A stretch of 63,594 nucleotides of DNA, counting the filler, from Phoronis australis (taxonomy: Eukaryota > Animalia > Phoronida): NCBI GenBank assembly GCA_002633005.1. It is 6 parts of 6 records of this genome, joined end to end, with 100 filler letters (N's around TTAATTAATTAA, not from the genome) between each part and the next. Parts side by side here need not be neighbours in the genome. Positions count along the whole stretch, not along the records: positions 60,491 to 63,594 come from NMRA01003221.1; 5 more parts are not named here. One strand, written 5' to 3'. Position numbers and translations under genes: made by a program. This document shows, piece after piece, positions 63,233 through 63,594 of this stretch; within the stretch, counting starts at the first letter, position 1; each line of letters starts with the position of its first letter. The notes under the pieces were generated by a model. The model made no database searches, was not told the DNA's origin, and worked only from the letters and a program-made list of their open reading frames with translations.

Positions 63233-63594
63233 CTACAACATAAATATAGAAACACATTGTTTTGATATTTATTTTGAAGACGTTTGTCGAGTTAATGAGC
63301 ACGTGTGTTCCATCTTCGTGTGCGTAACTTCCCGGTTTAGATGTCAAGTACAAGAAGCTGTCGCCGGCGTAACATGATCTCAAAAACCTATGAACTTTGA
63401 TTAAAATCAACTACAACGTAAGAAAGTGACGTCACAGGCAGCGGTCGCTTTGATGCAGTTACGATTTCCACCAGTTCCTTCCACATGTGACTTAGGGTCA
63501 AATGTTCTATTAAAGTCGATCTCATTTCTTTATTTAAAGAGTCCCCACCATGCATTGCCTTATGGAATGAGCACTGTCAAAACACAGTGCATAA

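Noticed and set aside
63298-63325. Second HEDGT peptide resembling the MAM exon
   Set aside because: Similarity is under 20 bp with no splice sites; chance cannot be excluded.

Overview
Eukaryotic, metazoan-looking draft-assembly window, rich in transposable elements. It has spliceosomal introns, N-gaps, and five artificial N-TTAATTAATTAA-N contig linkers, so adjacency across those linkers is unproven. The left 7.1 kb is a decayed Polinton/Maverick (adintovirus-like endogenous virus). On the minus strand it carries ATPase, a small core protein, PW, integrase, a small membrane protein, minor capsid, PZ and major capsid; on the plus strand it carries a protein-primed PolB with a Vsr-like insert. 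The element has frameshifts, stops and large internal deletions that the ORF track hides: the integrase is reduced to an N-terminus joined to its chromodomain. Other mobile DNA includes a Penelope-type inverted repeat with a degenerate hammerhead, a TTAA-flanked Kolobok-type element, a copia with a half-tRNA(iMet) PBS, a complete Gypsy (168-bp LTRs, ACTGT TSD, tRNA-Trp PBS) with a nested LTR, LINE and piggyBac remnants, many MITEs and several minisatellites. Host genes are fragmentary: two terminal exons of an unidentified gene, an hnRNP K-like two-KH gene, two sushi exons, four MAM-domain exons and two isolated first exons. Family assignments rest on motif recognition by eye, not on database searches.
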